From NCBI GenBank assembly GCA_043228905.1, contig JBHGNT010000001.1:3472001-3536000 (forward strand): DNA of 64,000 nt. Reading direction: 5' to 3'. The position numbers and the translations under genes were made by a program. Below, piece by piece: positions 60,050-64,000 of the stretch (position 1 is its first letter; each line of letters starts with the position of its first letter). The notes beneath the pieces are model-generated. The model saw only the letters and a program-made list of their open reading frames with translations. It was not told the origin of the DNA and did no database searches. This DNA comes from Azolla caroliniana (lineage: Eukaryota > Plantae > Polypodiophyta).

Positions 60050-61100
60050 AGATTTTTACCTTTTCAACTGCTCTTAGACTGCCATTGACATACATAACTC
60101 CCAAATCAATGCCAAGAACAATTATACATAGACACATGCCTCATGTCGGTGGAGGAAATACCCAGAGAGGTCGTTGATACCTCCAACATATACTGAACCA
60201 TTAACCATGCAGAATACATTCATCCTTTCCCATCTCTTCTTAAAAACCTATTGCTTTCGAAAGACTACATCTGAATCACCCTTGAGAACATCATATTCTC
60301 CTTTTAGTGTATGCACCAAGGTCAACCAAATCTCCTTGACTACATTCACACCATTCCATTGAATTTGCTGAAATATCCTTCGAGATCTAGTAGTCCACAA
60401 AACCCATAAGGTTATTGAACTAATCGTCTGCCAAACCACCCCATTATATACTAAATTAATAGGCATACATGGCGACACTTCATCAACATATCGACCTCTT
60501 GTACCTCACGCTTAATATCAACCCACGTCACTGCCCCCCATTTATATACTCTAGAGCCATATACCTCATGCAAGAGACGTAATAACCTTTTCCAAACCAA
60601 TTTAGTAGCCATACATTAGTCATGACCAAAATACCCGGTGATAAAGAGCCTCCATCTCTAATACACAAAAAATACACATCTTATCCATATCCTCACAGTA
60701 CATCCAAACCCTAACAGGAACCGCATAATGAACAATCAACCATCTAAATAGAATAATCTTCCTTGGAATTTGCATAGCCTATAGCCATTTTCAAATGTTG
60801 TCATGCGAGTAGGATCAACATTATAACTCAACCATGTTATAGTTGTTGTCGGCCAATGAGGTATCCTATATCGTAACATCTGTCGTCCCAATTGAACCGA
60901 ATATTGAAAAAACGGAATCAACCTTAGAACTTCCTCCCCAAAATATGAAGTAGGTAACCACTTCCATTCCCTTGGATCCCATTCCAATTCACATAATGGT
61001 TTTTATCCCACTACCCATAGATCCCACCATGGATGAACAACATTAGGATCAGGATCAAGGATCCAAAACTTATCTACCTTAGCTATAATTCTAATAGGTT
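60050..61100 (-). mobile_element. Decayed LINE ORF2 C-terminal region (zf-RVT-like)
   Basis: Trp-rich fragments EWDPREWKW..PFFQYSVQLGR and VWQTISSITLWVLWTTRSRRIF..EIWLTLVH, parallel to the fragment at 1594-1850. Many frameshifts. Confidence 0.6.
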
Positions 61101-63248
61101 TTAATGTAGCCTTAGTCCATGTGTTCTATCACGAAAACAACTTCAAAAGAACCACTTTGGCATTGTCTGCGTTTTTGCATCCTACCGTTAAGCCACTAGT
61201 GAAAATAGTCACTTGTAGCCTTTGTATCACAATAGAAGTGAGATGAAATGTCTCATTCTATTTTCTCTATGTACAGTTTTCAAGTAATATACTAAGGTGC
61301 ACCTTTCTTTTAAAAAAACATAATTGCCACTCGTAGTATTTTTCCCTTAAACAAACATGCAACACCTTTGTCCAAAAAGAGAAGGCTTTAGGATGTCCTT
61401 TCATAACATCTTCAATCCATGACATATATTATTATAGACTCTACATCCAGCATAATGTCATCATCAGTTTTATGTAGAGCTTCCTTTATTGATTGGTTCA
61501 TTACTTCATGACCATGGCCCAATATTGTTCAATCGTCTCCTAGACCTTCAACTTCATCTATGCAACTAATTTTTTCAACGCCATATTCATAGGAAGCTCC
61601 TTTATATCAAGTTCACCCATCCTCGGGTTCTCCAAGACTTTCTTTGCAACTTGCATTGTGTTATCCGATAACGATGAAGCTCTGAAATGTTTTCAAAAGA
61701 AACTACAAAAATGCCTCCGAATGGGTCAAAAATTTATATTGCATGGCTGAATAACAATATAATTTCGTGCGATGTGCCAACTCGGTCCTTTGCATTTCTA
61801 ATTGTGCATATTACTTTGATAGCTTATAAGTGTGTGAAAGAAATATAATGCATGAAAAACTTATAAAGATATGGTATATGTATTGGAGCTTCATGTTCTT
61901 ATTAATAATGATTATAAGAGCAATAGTTATATCACAAAATCCCCCGTAATAGGCTGAAATATGAAATTGGTGTTTTCACCAATCAAATGAATAAGAACAA
62001 ATTAAACCATTTTCATATTTTTAATGTATTTGGCTTTCTTATAGACTTTCTTTTGTAGACTTTCTACCTTACGTGGGGACCGTCTTCCAAAATTTAATTT
62101 AATTGCTTTAAAAAAAAGTGTGGATGTGCGTATGTGTATAATACACATTTTTTTGATTGATATCAAATAGTAAATGGATAACCCAAAGAAGAGATGGAAA
62201 GTAACAAAGTTTGAATACAATTAGTTTAGGAGAGCTCTATATTTCCCAATGGCTAATGCTAGTATTTGGAAAGAGCTGCATGTAGAGATTTTCTAGGATG
62301 GGATGAGAAATGATAATAAGTATGGCAAGGCTAGCCTAGTGAAACACGCATATCCGATTCACAATGTAGGAAGCATGGAGAGACATACATATTACCCAAT
62401 AGACATTATAACAATCTTGGAAAGACAAACACATATAGAATATTCATTTGCATAGGAAAATTAATCTAAATCTAGTGTGCCCAATCTTTTAATAAAACTA
62501 TAAAATTCACATATGGATGGACCCACAAGTTCTTACTTTAAGGGATGGTTAGAATTGAGCTTATAACCTAATCCATATACCACAATCATGACATCATATT
62601 ATTCAGTGGCTCACATACAAGACGTCAACAAGATATAGAAAAGCCAAGATGGAAAACATCTTCATAGTTCATGATCCAACGACCCACGTGGGGAATGGCT
62701 ATTGAAATGTGACGAAGTCAATCTCATGGTGCATTGTTCATTAGATTCTACGCAGCCTTTTCCTTTATAGGGAAACCAATATTGTGCTATTGGCACCAAT
62801 AGGTCATGGTCATGCTAGAGCCTTATGAGATAGAGGACACAACATGTCAAAGAATATATATGTATATATCATTATAGATGGACAATCGGCAAGTACATAT
62901 GTATTAACATGGGGACGATATTGGTCCACGGATTTTATTCGTGAGACGTGTGAACCATAAACCATCCATACAATGAGGGAGAGAAATTGTAAGAGTTGAC
63001 CTGGATTACAAAGTACAGTACCCGCAAGAAGAGAATATACTGTAAATAATGCCGAGATACCTTCGATAGAAACGTTATATGATATATATATGCCACACTT
63101 TCATATGACTTTTCCTCGATGATGTGGTGCGCGATCAGAGTTGGTGGTGTATAAGATACCTCAATTCAACCATGAATTCCTTGGGTGGGGGGGTACTCTA
63201 ATCCAGACTGAGCTTTCAGAGAGACAGATCAGTGAGAAAGGAGAGGTC

Positions 63249-63824
63249 ATGAACTCCACAGAAGCTGCTGCTGTACCAACATACAGTACTAACAACAGCG
63301 GTTCTCGTGTTAGCACATCTCCTTCGGTCCCGACCTCTTCTCCGAGTAGCGGCATTAGCACCCAGAATGTCCTGTTATGTATCATCATCGTGCTCTCCTT
63401 TCTACTTTCCTTCATCTTTGGTGTGAAGATCAGGCGAGCATATGTAACGCGCCAAGGAAGTTCTCAGCAGAGGCGACAAGGGCACCTCGAATCCGCAGCT
63501 AACATTGGCACCGGCCTTGATAAGATCACCATCGACTTGTTAATGCCCGCGTTCACGTATAATAGTAATAGTAAGCTAGTGATTCATGGGCAGGGCATGA
63601 ACATTATATTGAAAGAATCAGATGAGGAGGAAGGAAGATTTAATGGTGATAATGAGGAAGTAAGGGACGATCAATGTGCGGTGTGTTTGTGCGAGTTCAA
63701 GGACGGCGAGGAAGTTAGGATGGTGCCCAAGTGTGAGCATAGGTTCCACACAGGGTGCATAGACATGTGGTTTCATTCCCATTCCACATGCCCACTCTGC
63801 AGGGCCCCTGTTCTAGAACCCTAA
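63249..63824 (+). CDS. ATL-family RING-H2 E3 ubiquitin ligase (intronless, about 191 aa)
   Basis: ATG at 63249, hydrophobic segment [19 protein letters not shown], basic region, GLD motif, RING-H2 CAVC-x15-CEHRFH-x2-C-x10-CPLC. Confidence 0.93.
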   Translation: MNSTEAAAVPTYSTNNSGSRVSTSPSVPTSSPSSGISTQNVLLCIIIVLSFLLSFIFGVKIRRAYVTRQGSSQQRRQGHLESAANIGTGLDKITIDLLMPAFTYNSNSKLVIHGQGMNIILKESDEEEGRFNGDNEEVRDDQCAVCLCEFKDGEEVRMVPKCEHRFHTGCIDMWFHSHSTCPLCRAPVLEP

Positions 63825-64000
63825 TCTAATGTAACTGATCATGAACACCCCAACCCCCCCTCCTCTCCCCTGTTCTACTTGAGTGTCTCCATCTTCTCCA
63901 ATATAAACAACTTAAACTTCGATTGGGATCTTCAAGGTAGACCATGAGAAGAAAAAGGCAGATTCTCCATAATAATCTGGACCCTAGCTAGCTAGAGTAC

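Noticed and set aside
63141-63248. N-terminal extension of the ATL gene from a TTG start
   Set aside because: Non-ATG start from the ORF caller; the first ATG at 63249 gives the normal ATL architecture.

Overview
Plant genomic DNA, probably from a non-seed lineage (inference from Tcn1/Tf1-type chromoviruses). It is almost entirely one nested retrotransposon cluster, followed by a single intact host gene, an ATL-type RING-H2 E3 ligase (63249-63824). A decayed Ty3/gypsy element F (about 7543-58300, +) has been stretched to about 50 kb by insertions nested up to five levels deep. These include three near-complete Ty1/copia elements, two chromoviruses, many solo LTRs, a 5'-truncated LINE and several members of a tRNA-Trp-primed LTR family with non-autonomous gag-only partners. 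Most notable: (1) the Trp-primed family makes 4-bp target duplications, and all ten traceable insertions have a central CpG on at least one side; (2) chromovirus LTRs begin with an outward-facing tRNA-like A/B-box module, and element H has a self-priming PBS; (3) a -1 frameshift signal lies after the protease; (4) an LTR-to-LTR templated repair duplication has a microhomology-patchwork junction; (5) two copia elements with near-identical pol carry different capsids. Coordinates were read by eye and no database searches were run.
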